From the NCBI GenBank assembly GCA_964612995.1, contig CAZTGE010000005.1, positions 1-60,285 on the forward strand: a stretch of DNA of 60,285 nucleotides, read 5' to 3'. The notes below the pieces were generated by a model, which was given only the letters and a program-made list of their open reading frames with translations, did no database searches and had not been told where the DNA came from. Below, piece after piece: positions 9,058-19,140 of this stretch. Made by a program: the position numbers and the translations under genes. Every line of letters starts with the position of its first letter. The stretch's first letter is position 1. The stretch comes from an uncultured candidatus Brocadiaceae bacterium. GTDB taxonomy: Bacteria; Planctomycetota; UBA11346.

Positions 9058-12000
9058 TCAGCCGCCCTGGGGCCAGAGGCGGACCACTGCGACCAGCGCG
9101 TCGCAGGCCGCTCCCTTGCTGTCCTGCACCGCGTTGACACAGGACATGGAGGAGGCGTCGGTGAAGCCGCCGATGATCGCCAGGTTGCCATGGATGGCGA
9201 TGGCTCCGGTCTTCTGCTGGCTCGATCCGGTGCCGCCGATCGCGGCGTGGAAGATGTTGGTCTTCAGATCGGTATCGAGCACGAACAGTCCGCCGTGGGA
9301 GATCTCCGCGCCGAGACCGAAGTGGTCGGTGACCGTCGGCGGCGCATGGCGGCGGCCCATCTGCTTGCCGATGTACATCCGGCCCCAGCGATCCTCGGCG
9401 TGGGGTATGACATGCGAGGCCATGTATGTGCCGGAGACGGGTTTGCGTTCGACCACATCGATCTTCATCACCATGATCGACATGCCGCCGATGACGTTCG
9501 AGTATCCACCGTTGAAGACATCGGATTTCTCGATGCCCTTGTCCAGGTCCTGCGGGTGGCGTGCGAGCACCGAGTTGCCACCATCGCACCAGCACATGAC
9601 GCCGATGTGGCGCCCGTCGGGGAACAGCCAGGTATCGTAGCCGCGGCTGTCGGACATGAGGCGGCGTTGCTCGGCCTCGTTCTTGCCCCAACCCCAGAAC
9701 TTCCACCCGGCATCGGAGGTGAGGAAAGGCTGCTGGAGGATGCCGTGGACCTGACGGTAGCGGATGGTCACCTGTTCGCCGGTCGCGGGTACGGTCACGG
9801 TCTGTGGCCGCAGGTCCAGCTTGTAGCGATCCAGTTCCGGACCGAGGTCCTGGTTGATGTCGCCGCTGACCGAACCGGTGTTGGTGGTGGTGTCGAACAC
9901 GAAGCGGAAGCCGTTGCCCTGGGCATAGGGGGTACCGTTGGAAGTGAAGCCGACCTCCTGGATGCGCTGGTTGCCGGCGCCGCCGATGTAGGTCAGGCAC
10001 AGCAGATGCGGATCGAGCGGTGGCGGGCGCAGGCCCACCGCCACGCCCAGCTCGCGGACTTCGGCGGTGTCGGCGGCGCTCGGCGAGAGGCTGAGCAGCG
10101 CCTCGGCCGCCAGCTCGGGTCGTTTGGTCGCGGCGGAGGTCTTGGCCAGGGCGAGCCAGCTGGCGTCGTCCATCGGGGCGTGGACTTCTCGTGCCTCGGT
10201 GAACAGCGCATAGACCGCATCGGGGTCCTCGCCTGCGGTGAAGGCGGCCATCGCGGCGTCGAGCAGCTCGGGCGCGTTCTCGGCGTAGGTCAGATCGACG
10301 CCGGCTGCCGCGGCGCGCCCGACCCAGTCGGCGCGTTCCTCCGGGCTCATATGGAAGGCGCGCCGGGCGTAGGCTTCACGCAGGGGCTCGCGCCAATTGC
10401 TCTCGAGGCTGTCGGGCTGCATCAGCGTGATGTAGCTGCCGACGTGTTCGAGGATCCCCTGCCAGTTGTCGTCGGCGATCACCTGGGGGATCGCGGTCAG
10501 GCAGGTCGCGGCCAGCTTGCGTCCGCGTTCGGCTTCGGCCCGGCGAACAACGAGATAGGGCAGGCCCGGGTGCTTCTCCAGCGCCCGGTCGTACTTCTCG
10601 ATCGCACGCTCGAAATCCTTCCGGTCCAGGTAGCGATCGGCGCTGCGGGCGTAGATGTCCCGCGACTTCTGGTAGGCGAAGCGGGCGAGATCGGCGACCG
10701 CGATGGTGGTGGTGCTGCCGTCGGCGCGGCGAAGGGTCAGGTCGGCACTGTCGATGCCGTCCACCTTGGCTTCGCCCTCGATGCGCTCGCCGTCGGCGAG
10801 CACCAGCCGGACCTCCTCCCAGGTGTCCGGTCGGGCGGCGGCGAGCCGTTCGCGGATCCGCTCGGGGTCCATCGGCGTGATGTCGTCCTCGATCTGCGTG
10901 TCCGTGGCATCGGCGAGCGCAGGGTCGTCCTCTTCTGTCGACGCGTCCTCGGTGACCGCGACCGGATCGTCGGTCACGCCTTCGGGCTCCGGTTGATCCG
11001 CGACCGTGGCCGGCTCGTCGGCCTCGGCCTCGGCCTCGGCCTCGGGCTCCGGTTGATCCGCGACCGTGGCCGGCTCGTCGGCCTCGTCTGTGCCGTCCGC
11101 TTCCTCTGTGACGACGTCTGCGGCGTCTTGCAGCGCGGTGTCATCGGCATTGTCCGGCGGCGGGGTGCCGTCATCGGAAGTGTTCCGGGTCCCTTGTCCG
11201 GGCTCGATCACGGGCCCCCGGTGGGTCACGGGTCCGGCGGCCGGGTGGTCGATGGACGTTTCGTTCGCGGCGAGCGCGGGCGTGTCGTCGGCGGGTCGCT
11301 GCCCGGTCTCGGGCTCTTGCCCCCCGATACGGGCAGGGGACTGGGTCGCGGGTGCGTCATCGTCGTCGGCGCCGGTCACCGGCGGCGGCAGACGGAAGCT
11401 GCGCGCCTGGCGTTCGTCGGCGCGATCGCGATGGGCCGGCGGCTCCATGTCGAGGCTGTCCTCGAGCTGTGCGGGTTGTTTGCGTGCGGCGTCGAGACGG
11501 CGTTCGCTGGCCTTGGTCTGCGAGCGGGCGGCGTTGAAGAGCATGGGGCCGACGATCAGTAGTAGCAGGCCGGCGACGGCGCACGCGATCAGGGCGATGA
11601 CCCAGCCCGGAACGCGCGAGCCACGGCGTCGGCGGGGGGCTTCGCCGCGCGGTTTGCGCGCGGTGCCTGGCTGGCGTCGATCGGCGGGGCCGGCCAGGCC
11701 GGCCGCGGGGCGTTGCCGTGCGGCGGGTGCGGGTTCGGGCCGCGGGCGGACACCGCCGAGCGAGCGCTTGAGTGCGGTCGCCAGGGCGGTGCGCAGGTCA
11801 TCCCAGCTCGCATAGCGTGCAGCCGGGTCGGCCTCGGTCATGCGCTCGATGCACGTGAGTGCGGGGGCGGGCACATCCTCGCGTCCGCGCAGGTCGTCGA
11901 GCTTGCGGCCGCCACGATCGTGGCCGCCGCGCAGGGCGGTGCGCAGGATGACGCCGAGTTCGAACTGGGTCACCGCGAGCTGGGTGTCGCCGGCGGGGCG

Positions 12001-13422
12001 GGGCGAGCGCCGCGAGAGACCGAAATCGGCGACCCGGCCTGCGCCATCGTCGTCGATCAGGATGTCTCCGGGTCGCAGCCCGTCGTGCTTGAGTCCGTGA
12101 CGGGTGTCGGCCGCCTCGAGTCCGGCGGCGGCATCGGCGATCAGCGACAGTAGCACACTCGTCGGCAGGTCCTCCTCGAGGTGGATCAGGTCGCGCAGCG
12201 AGCCGTTGGCGTACCAGGGCATGACGAGATAGAGCAGGTCGCCGTGGACATCGCCGCGGAACACGGGCACCACGTGCGGATCCTCGACCCGACGCAAGGC
12301 CCGGATGGCGTTCTGGAGCCGGGCGCGTTCGGCCGTATCGGCGCCAGCGGCGGGATCGAAGAATTTCACCGCCACCTGCTCGCCGGTGTTGCGATCCTTG
12401 GCCGCATAGACCACGCCGGTGCTGCCGGCGCCGATCCGGTCGAGCAGGACGTGCCCGGCGATCGCCGTGTTGGCGAGATCGTCGGTGCGCCCGTCGATGT
12501 AGACGAAGTGGTTCTTGCCGATGGTCACCCGCGTGCCGCCATGCAGGGCGGTCGGCACGCTGATCGGCTTGCCGCCGACCAGCGTGCCGTTGTTCGATCC
12601 GAGGTCCTCGAGCACCACGCTGGCGCCATCGCGGCGGATCCGTGCGTGTTTGCCGCTCACCGCGGCGTCGGGCAGCTGGATGTCGGCCGAGCTGCGGCGA
12701 CCGATGATCGCAGGGGCATCGTTTACCACCTGTTCGATCCCCGCCGCCGGACCAGCGACGCAGAGCAGACGGGTCGAGCCCAACAGCGAGCCGTCGGTGA
12801 CCATCAGCTCGACGGAACCGAGCGCAACGCGGTCACCGCGGGTCAGCAGCACCGTCCGGTTGATCGCCTGGCCGTTGACCGTGATGCCGGCGCCTTCGCT
12901 GCAGTCGCTCAGGCTGATGCCGGCGGGGCCGAAGGCGAGCTTCGCGTGGCGGGGCGCCACGCCGCGTTCGTCGAGGAGGACGTCGGTCTCGGGATCGCGA
13001 CCCAGGACCACCGTTTCGCTCTCGACGCTGAGCAGCTGGCCCGCGCGTCGGCCAGCGGTGAAGCGCAGCACGGGGTGATAGCCGTCCAGCGCGTCGGTGC
13101 CGGTGACCGCGGCATCCGCACCGGCACCGGCACCGGCATCGGCATCGGCATCGGGGTCGCCGCCCGGCGTCTCGAGGCTGCGCATGACCGAACGGCGCAC
13201 GCTGTCGGTCTCGCGCGAGCGCAGGTGGTTGCGCACCGCGAGCAGGATGTCGCGCTCGTGGTCGGCCTCGGTCAGCAAGGCGCCGAGAGCCCGTTCCAGG
13301 GCCATGTGCTCGGCGGCCTCCATCCGTGCGTGCTCGTCTTCGAGCAGGCCGGTCTCGAACGCTTGGGTCTCGCTTTCGTCCAGATCGCCGTCGATCCAGG
13401 CCTGCAGATCTTCGGTGTTCAT
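9058..13422 (-). CDS. large membrane signalling protein: anti-sigma-like N-terminus, 2 FHA domains, degenerate Ser/Thr kinase, TM helix, acidic linker, TPR and beta-rich C-terminal domain
   Basis: FHA motifs LGR...VAPRHA and IGR...VSGKHA...DLGSNNGT; kinase IGAGSTGVVY, VAVK and DFG; ATG at 13422 overlaps the sigma-factor stop (ATGA). Confidence 0.85.
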   Translation of the reverse strand: MNTEDLQAWIDGDLDESETQAFETGLLEDEHARMEAAEHMALERALGALLTEADHERDILLAVRNHLRSRETDSVRRSVMRSLETPGGDPDADADAGAGAGADAAVTGTDALDGYHPVLRFTAGRRAGQLLSVESETVVLGRDPETDVLLDERGVAPRHAKLAFGPAGISLSDCSEGAGITVNGQAINRTVLLTRGDRVALGSVELMVTDGSLLGSTRLLCVAGPAAGIEQVVNDAPAIIGRRSSADIQLPDAAVSGKHARIRRDGASVVLEDLGSNNGTLVGGKPISVPTALHGGTRVTIGKNHFVYIDGRTDDLANTAIAGHVLLDRIGAGSTGVVYAAKDRNTGEQVAVKFFDPAAGADTAERARLQNAIRALRRVEDPHVVPVFRGDVHGDLLYLVMPWYANGSLRDLIHLEEDLPTSVLLSLIADAAAGLEAADTRHGLKHDGLRPGDILIDDDGAGRVADFGLSRRSPRPAGDTQLAVTQFELGVILRTALRGGHDRGGRKLDDLRGREDVPAPALTCIERMTEADPAARYASWDDLRTALATALKRSLGGVRPRPEPAPAARQRPAAGLAGPADRRQPGTARKPRGEAPRRRRGSRVPGWVIALIACAVAGLLLLIVGPMLFNAARSQTKASERRLDAARKQPAQLEDSLDMEPPAHRDRADERQARSFRLPPPVTGADDDDAPATQSPARIGGQEPETGQRPADDTPALAANETSIDHPAAGPVTHRGPVIEPGQGTRNTSDDGTPPPDNADDTALQDAADVVTEEADGTDEADEPATVADQPEPEAEAEAEADEPATVADQPEPEGVTDDPVAVTEDASTEEDDPALADATDTQIEDDITPMDPERIRERLAAARPDTWEEVRLVLADGERIEGEAKVDGIDSADLTLRRADGSTTTIAVADLARFAYQKSRDIYARSADRYLDRKDFERAIEKYDRALEKHPGLPYLVVRRAEAERGRKLAATCLTAIPQVIADDNWQGILEHVGSYITLMQPDSLESNWREPLREAYARRAFHMSPEERADWVGRAAAAGVDLTYAENAPELLDAAMAAFTAGEDPDAVYALFTEAREVHAPMDDASWLALAKTSAATKRPELAAEALLSLSPSAADTAEVRELGVAVGLRPPPLDPHLLCLTYIGGAGNQRIQEVGFTSNGTPYAQGNGFRFVFDTTTNTGSVSGDINQDLGPELDRYKLDLRPQTVTVPATGEQVTIRYRQVHGILQQPFLTSDAGWKFWGWGKNEAEQRRLMSDSRGYDTWLFPDGRHIGVMCWCDGGNSVLARHPQDLDKGIEKSDVFNGGYSNVIGGMSIMVMKIDVVERKPVSGTYMASHVIPHAEDRWGRMYIGKQMGRRHAPPTVTDHFGLGAEISHGGLFVLDTDLKTNIFHAAIGGTGSSQQKTGAIAIHGNLAIIGGFTDASSMSCVNAVQDSKGAACDALVAVVRLWPQGG
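10982..11086. repeat. intragenic 60-bp-period tandem repeat (EADEPATVADQPEPE x2)
   Basis: 45-bp identical blocks at 10982-11026 and 11042-11086 separated by GCCTCG repeats. Confidence 0.9.
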
Positions 13423-14105
13423 GACTCTTCCCCGGCGATGCGTTGTTCGATGCAGTCGCGCAGGCGCTGGCGGACACGGAACAAAGTGGTCCGGACCCAG
13501 GCCACGCTGCGGTCGGTGCGGTCGGCGATATCCTGCGCCGACAGGCACTCGCGATACTTCATGTCCACCAGTTCCTGCATGTCCTGCGGCAGTTTGACCA
13601 GACAGCGTTCGAGCGCGTCGACCACCCGCCCATCGTGCAGCGAGGAAGGGCGCTGGTTGTTGAACTCCACCAGCAGGTGTTCCCCGAGCCTGGCGCGATT
13701 GCGCTGCTCGCGGCTGAAGCGTTGGACCTCGGCGCGCAGCAGGTTGTGGGCGATCGCGCGCAGCCAGGCGGCCAGCGAGGTGCCAGCGGTGAAGTCGGCG
13801 AGATGATGGTAGGCGAAGACGAAGGTCTCGTGAGTCAGTTCGTCGATCAGATGCGGCGCCGGAGCCCGCAAGGCGAGGAAGGTACGCACCTTGCGTACAT
13901 GCAAGCCCATCAGCTGCTCGAAGGCCTCGAGGTCGCCTTCCTGGGCCCGGAGCACCAACCCGCGTTCTCCGTCGTGAGGCACCATGCCGCTTTCCGCCGG
14001 AACGCCTGTCATCGGATCGCCGCCGCGTTCACGCCGGGGCTGATCGTCCTCCTGGATCGGGAGGCGCGCTGAGGTGTCAGAGCCGTGTTCGATGGTCGTC
14101 GTCAT
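13419..14105 (-). CDS. ECF (sigma-70 family) RNA polymerase sigma factor
   Basis: GDLEAFEQL, DELTHETF, AWLRAIAHN, CLVKLP...IAD...TTLFRVRQRLRDCI; alternative start at 14012. Confidence 0.92.
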   Translation of the reverse strand: MTTTIEHGSDTSARLPIQEDDQPRRERGGDPMTGVPAESGMVPHDGERGLVLRAQEGDLEAFEQLMGLHVRKVRTFLALRAPAPHLIDELTHETFVFAYHHLADFTAGTSLAAWLRAIAHNLLRAEVQRFSREQRNRARLGEHLLVEFNNQRPSSLHDGRVVDALERCLVKLPQDMQELVDMKYRECLSAQDIADRTDRSVAWVRTTLFRVRQRLRDCIEQRIAGEES

Positions 14106-14354
14106 ACCATGTGTCCATAGCCACGGCCTTTGGCCCTGTTACAGGCTCGCTCCGGCATGGTGGCGGAAAAACCGCATTTTCGCGGCGCGGGCCTTGTTCG
14201 CGATCGTACGCGGTGGTAAAGTGCGGACTCTCCCGGTCGCCAGCCGGGCCCACAGACTTCATCCAGGCTAGGTAGCCGTGACGATGCGACAAGCAGGCTT
14301 CACATACACCACCGCCGTCGTGATGACGCCCCGGAGTCCGCCGGAGTCGCGGCG

Positions 14355-14846
14355 ATGAGCGGCGCGCTACGCGTGATGCCGGTTGCCGACGGGCTCGTGT
14401 TGCAGCTCAGCGGACGCTGCTCGGTCCGCGAGGCGGCGGCGCTGTCGGCCTTCGTCGAGGCCGAGGGCGACGCCCTGGCCACGGCCCGGATCCGCTGCGA
14501 TCTGAGCGCCTGCACCTACCTCGACAGCACCATGCTCGGTGCCCTGATCGGGCTCCACCAGCGCCTCGCCGGCCGGTTCGCCCTGGTCGCGCCGCATGAC
14601 GCGGCACGCGAGTCCCTACAGAGCACACAGCTGATCAGGTTGTTCGCCGTCGAGGAACAGGCTCCGCCGGCCACCGGGCCGGCGACCGAGCTCGACCTCG
14701 CCGCCCTCGATGCCGACGCCTTCGGTCGCGAGATCCTCGCCGCGCATCGCCGGCTCGCCGCGATCGGCGGCCCCCAGCAGGCGGCCTTCCGCGCCGTGGC
14801 CGAGCGCATGGCGGCCGAGATCGGCGAGGCGCACGACGGCGGCTGA
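14355..14846 (+). CDS. STAS-domain protein
   Basis: DLSACTYLDSTMLGAL with the conserved phosphorylatable Ser. Confidence 0.8.
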   Translation: MSGALRVMPVADGLVLQLSGRCSVREAAALSAFVEAEGDALATARIRCDLSACTYLDSTMLGALIGLHQRLAGRFALVAPHDAARESLQSTQLIRLFAVEEQAPPATGPATELDLAALDADAFGREILAAHRRLAAIGGPQQAAFRAVAERMAAEIGEAHDGG

Positions 14847-14989
14847 ACGGCCTGGATCCGTCCGTCGGGCCACGCAGGCAGTGAGCGGTCCGCAGTCTGC
14901 GGCGGCGCAGCGCGCGGCCCTGCCGTTGACCGGTCGGCGGCTTGATCGCCCACCGGGCGGGCGCAGGCTCGGCGGCGAGGAGGTGCGCG

Positions 14990-15406
14990 ATGAAGCATCT
15001 GGCCAAGGAGCTGTGGTTCAACGTCCCCGGCCGGCGGGGATTCGTCAACATCACCCGCGAGGTCGAGGAGTGCATCGAACAGAGCGGCGTGACCGAGGGG
15101 CTGGTGCTGGTCAACGCGATGCACATCACCGCCTCGGTGTTCATCAACGACGATGAAGCGGGCCTCCACCACGACTACGACGTCTGGCTCGAAAAGCTGG
15201 CCCCGCACGCGCCGGTCGACCAGTACCGCCACAACGGCGCCGAGGACAACGCAGACGCGCACATGAAGCGCCAGGTGATGGGCCGCGAAGTGGTCTGCGC
15301 GATCACCGGGGGCAAGCTCCACTTCGGCCCGTGGGAGCAGATCTTCTACGGCGAGTTCGACGGCCGGCGGCGCAAGCGGGTGCTGGTCAAGATCATCGGC
15401 GAATGA
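14990..15406 (+). CDS. yjbQ: YjbQ/UPF0047 family protein
   Basis: [17 protein letters not shown]...[21 protein letters not shown]. Confidence 0.93.
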   Translation: MKHLAKELWFNVPGRRGFVNITREVEECIEQSGVTEGLVLVNAMHITASVFINDDEAGLHHDYDVWLEKLAPHAPVDQYRHNGAEDNADAHMKRQVMGREVVCAITGGKLHFGPWEQIFYGEFDGRRRKRVLVKIIGE

Positions 15407-15440
15407 GCCCGCGCGCGCGTCGTCGCAGCCGGGTCGCCAG

Positions 15441-15713
15441 ATGAGCGTGTTCGAGGTACTGATGCTGCTGTGCTTCGGCATCAGCTGGCCGATCTCCATC
15501 GCCAAGTCGCTGCGCACCCGGGTCGTGGCGGGCAAGAGCCCCCTGTTCATGGGCATCCTGATCGTCGGCTACGCCTGCGGCATCGCCCACAAGGCGCTGC
15601 ACAGCTTCGACTGGGTGATCGCCCTCTACGCGCTCAATCTGGTGCTGGTGGCCACCGATCTGGGTCTGTATTACCGTTTTCTGCGCACGCCGCCGCGCCG
15701 GGCGGTCGGCTGA
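15441..15713 (+). CDS. small three-TM membrane protein (SemiSWEET/PQ-loop-like)
   Basis: 90 aa, three hydrophobic helices, CFGISWP...GKS pattern. Confidence 0.6.
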   Translation: MSVFEVLMLLCFGISWPISIAKSLRTRVVAGKSPLFMGILIVGYACGIAHKALHSFDWVIALYALNLVLVATDLGLYYRFLRTPPRRAVG

Positions 15714-15723
15714 AGGGCGCGGT

Positions 15724-16782
15724 TCAGCCGTAGAGGTCGACCTGATGCACGCCGCCGGCGCGACCCTGGGCGTCGAGGTAGACGCTCGAGCGGCGCATCA
15801 GCCCGGCGTTCGCTCCGTCGCCGTCAGCCATGGCGAAGGGGGTGTCGACCGGGCTGAGCGCGATCGCGCCCAGCCCGGCCTGGCCCACCGAGGCGGTCGT
15901 GGATGCGCCCGGGCGCCACAGCACCAGCCCCTCCCACACCGGGTCTCCCGCATCGATCCAGCCGTTGCCGTCGGCGTCGTGGGCCGCGAGTTCCGCGAAG
16001 CCGTTGCCCGAGCGCGGCCCGAACAGCTCCGCCCCGCTGTCGATCGTGCCGTTGCCGTCGCGATCGAGCGCGAGGAGGGCGGCGCCGGCGGTCGGGGCGG
16101 CGATGTGCTCATCGGTGCCGTCGGCGTCGAGGTCGAAGGCGTGGCGCACGCCGCCGGAGAAGCGTACCCCGCGCCCGTCGAGATCGACGATCAGTGGGTC
16201 GATCGGCTCCGCGTCGCCGGCGCGCAGGCTGGTCTGTTCATGCGTGAAGGCGAAACGCTCCATGCGCATGGCGAAGGAGAAGGCGATGCTGCGGCCATCT
16301 GCGGTCTGTACGCTGCCGGCGATCGCGTGCTCGAGCAGCTCGTGCTCGTGCGTGGTCCGGCTGTGATCGCAGGCGAAACCCCAGCCGGCCGAGCGCGGCT
16401 GTTTGACCACCGAAGAGGTCTCTCACGGAGGCGCGGAGACACGGAGATGGATGAGAATGATATCGGTACTGTGATCGTGGACTGCGCAGTTGAACTCCAT
16501 CAAGACCTTGGGCCTGGTTTGCTTGAGACGGTCTATGAGCGGTTCCGGGCCCGGGCCCGTGTCCGGTTCCGGCGAGGCCTGGAGGCGGTCGCGTTGGATC
16601 GCGTCGAGCATGCCAGCGAAGGGATCCGGGTTCTGGCGCGTGGGCCCGGCCGCCGGGGTGTCGGCCTCGGCTCGCGCTTGCGCAGGCTTGCCGATCCAGG
16701 CCTCGACCCGGCTGTGCTCCGCCACCTGTCGGACGGCGGTGTGCCGGCTGGCCGCGACGAGACTGCTGCCGCTGACGATCAT
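15724..16782 (-). pseudogene. VCBS/Ca-binding-repeat-like protein interrupted by an inserted fragment carrying an in-frame TGA (16423-16425)
   Basis: N-part MIVSGSSLVAASRH...AWIG and C-part TADGRSIAF...DPLIVDLDG...FDLDADG...ALDRDGNGTIDSGAELFG...DADGNGWID lie in the same frame, separated by one stop. Confidence 0.7.
16448..16540 (+). pseudogene. 5' fragment of a GxxExxY family gene
   Basis: MDENDIGTVIVDCAVELHQDLGPGLLETVYE, preceded by TCACGGAGGCGCGGAGACACGGAG; homology stops after YE. Confidence 0.8.
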
Positions 16783-16816
16783 CCCGCCCCCCTTCCCGGT
16801 GCTGTACCCGGGTCCA

Positions 16817-16843
16817 GTCTTGGCATCAGGTGGCGCGGCTTGA
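16817..16843 (-). promoter_or_regulatory. possible sigma-28 promoter of the VCBS-like gene
   Basis: TCAA-N15-GCCAAGAC; same TCAAGC -35 box and spacing as the flgM promoter. Confidence 0.4.
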
Positions 16844-16864
16844 GCGCGAGCGTTCGCGGCAGGC

Positions 16865-18892
16865 TCAGGCGATGCGCATACCCGGTTGGGCGCCGCTGTC
16901 GGGCGCGAGCAGCCACAGGTCCTCACCGCCCGGGCCGGCGGCGAGAATCATGCCTTCGCTCAGGCCGAACTTCATCTTGCGCGGTGCGAGGTTGGCGACG
17001 CAGACCACCAGGCGGTCGACGAGCTGTTCGGGGGCATAGGCCCGCTTGATGCCGGCGAACACGCTGCGTCGGCCGAGCGCGCCGAGATCGAGCTCCAGGC
17101 GCAACAGTTTGTCGGCGCCGTCGACGTGCTCGGCCGTGGCGACCCGGGCCACGCGCAGGTCGACCGCGGCGAAGGCGTCGAAGGCGATCTCTGCCGCCAC
17201 CGGTTCGGCCGTCGGGGCTGCGGCGGGTCGGGTGGTGGCGGCGGCCTCGTCGGCCGCCTTGCGGGTGTCCTTGATCATCGCCTCGATCCGCTTGGGGTCG
17301 ACGCGCTTGAGTAGGTGTTTGAATGCGCCCACCGGCGATCCGGCGAGGGGTACGGTGGCATCGCTCCAGGCGGTGATCGGCGCGGCGAGCAGTTCACCGG
17401 TCGCGCGGCTCATCTCTGGCAGCACCGGGGTGAGGTAGACCATCAGCTGGCGGAACAGGTTGAGCGCGATGGTGCAGACGTCCTGCAGCCGCTGGGCCAG
17501 GGCCGGGTCCTTGCGCAGGGCCCAGGGCGCGGCGGATTCGACATACTCGTTGGCTGCGTCGGCCAGGGCCATCACCCGCCGGCAGACCTGGGCGTATTCG
17601 CAGCGTTCGTAGTGCGCGGCGATCTCCTCGCCCGCTTCGGCGGCGGTGGCGAACAGGCCGCCGTCGTCGGGGTACGATGGGCTCAGCCCGGTGTCGGCGA
17701 CGAAGCGTGCGGTGCGCGAGGCGAGGTTGACCAGCTTGCCGACCAGATCTGAATTCACCTTGGCCGCGAATTCCTCGAGGTTCATGTCGATGTCGTCGGT
17801 CCGCGCGCCGAGCTTGGATGCGTAGTAATAACGCAGGTAGGTCGGGTCGAGGTGGTCGAGGTAGGTGCGCGCGTTGACGAAGGTGCCCTTGGTCTTGGAC
17901 ATCTTCTCGCCGTTGACGGTGAGGAAGCCGTGGATCTGCACCCGATCCGGGGTGCGCAGCCCTGCGACGTGGAGCATCGCCGGCCAGAACAGGGTGTGGA
18001 AATACGTGATGTCCTTGCCGATGAAGTGATGGATCTCGGTGCCGCTGTCGCGCCACCAGGCGTTGAAGTCCTCGTTGTGGGCAGCACACCATTCGTGGGT
18101 GGCGGCCATGTAGCCGATCGGGGCGTCGAACCACACGTACCAGTAGTTGCCGGGTGCGTCGGGGATCTCGAAGCCGAAGTACGGCGCCGGACGCGAGATG
18201 TCCCAATCGCGCAGTGGCTGCGAGAGGAAGTGGCCCTTGAGGTAGTTGACGACCTCGTCCTGGAGGTGATTGTCGGCGGCGACCCAGTGCTCGAGCCAGT
18301 CGTGCAGGCGTTCGATCTCCACGAACAGGTGTTGCGCGGTGCGCAGTTCGGGAGTGGCGCCGGAGAGGGTGGAGCGCGGATCGACCAGATCCGCCGGCGA
18401 GTAGGTCGCGCCGCACTTGTCGCAGGAATCGCCGTACTGGTCGGCGGCGCCGCATTTGGGGCAGCTGCCGGTGACGAAGCGGTCGGCGAGGAAGGTGCCC
18501 GCCTGGGGGTCGTAGAGCTGCTCGATCTCACGCTCGGCGACCATTCCGCCTTTGCGCAGCGCTCGCCACACGCTGGCGCAGAGTTCGCGGTTGGCGTCCG
18601 AATCGGTCGAGCCGTAGTGGTCGAAAGCGATCTGGAATTCGGCGAAATCGCGCTGGTGCGCTGCGCTCATGTCAGCGATCAGCTCTGTTTCGCTGCGGCC
18701 CTCCTGACGCGCGCGGATCATGATCGCGGTGCCGTGGGTATCGTCGGCGCACATGTAGATGCACCGATGTCCGCGCAGACGCTGGAAACGGGCCCAGATA
18801 TCGGTCTGGATGTACTCGACCAGATGGCCGATATGGATGTGCCCGTTGGCATAGGGCAGGGCGCTGGTGACCAGGATGCGGCGTTCGCTCAT
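16865..18892 (-). CDS. metG: methionine--tRNA ligase
   Basis: [15 protein letters not shown], zinc knuckle CxxC, KMSKT, C-terminal tRNA-binding domain ([15 protein letters not shown]). Confidence 0.97.
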   Translation of the reverse strand: MSERRILVTSALPYANGHIHIGHLVEYIQTDIWARFQRLRGHRCIYMCADDTHGTAIMIRARQEGRSETELIADMSAAHQRDFAEFQIAFDHYGSTDSDANRELCASVWRALRKGGMVAEREIEQLYDPQAGTFLADRFVTGSCPKCGAADQYGDSCDKCGATYSPADLVDPRSTLSGATPELRTAQHLFVEIERLHDWLEHWVAADNHLQDEVVNYLKGHFLSQPLRDWDISRPAPYFGFEIPDAPGNYWYVWFDAPIGYMAATHEWCAAHNEDFNAWWRDSGTEIHHFIGKDITYFHTLFWPAMLHVAGLRTPDRVQIHGFLTVNGEKMSKTKGTFVNARTYLDHLDPTYLRYYYASKLGARTDDIDMNLEEFAAKVNSDLVGKLVNLASRTARFVADTGLSPSYPDDGGLFATAAEAGEEIAAHYERCEYAQVCRRVMALADAANEYVESAAPWALRKDPALAQRLQDVCTIALNLFRQLMVYLTPVLPEMSRATGELLAAPITAWSDATVPLAGSPVGAFKHLLKRVDPKRIEAMIKDTRKAADEAAATTRPAAAPTAEPVAAEIAFDAFAAVDLRVARVATAEHVDGADKLLRLELDLGALGRRSVFAGIKRAYAPEQLVDRLVVCVANLAPRKMKFGLSEGMILAAGPGGEDLWLLAPDSGAQPGMRIA

Positions 18893-19140
18893 TGCGGCTC
18901 CGATGGTTGCGATCCGGCGGGCGGGGTGGCCGCCGCGCGCGGGACTGCGGGCGGCCGGACGCTCCGCGTCGTCGGTCCGGCTGCGATCCTGGAAGTCAGC
19001 CGGGGCGAGGCAAGCCGCCACCGCCACGGCGCTTGCGCCAGCAGGCGGCAATGCCGGCGCCCGCTGGCACGGCGTTTGCCCCGGTCCCCCGCTGCGCCGG
19101 GTCCGCTGCGGGACCGTGGCGATATGCAGCGGGAGATGTG

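Noticed and set aside
9190-11562. Long antisense ORFs (also 32817-34307, 37519-39846, 41580-43571 and similar)
   Set aside because: Shadow frames of high-GC3 genes; no motifs, and fully overlap well-supported genes
16423-16425. Selenocysteine or programmed readthrough at the in-frame TGA
   Set aside because: The codon lies in the foreign antisense insert, not at a Cys-equivalent position; no recognisable SECIS
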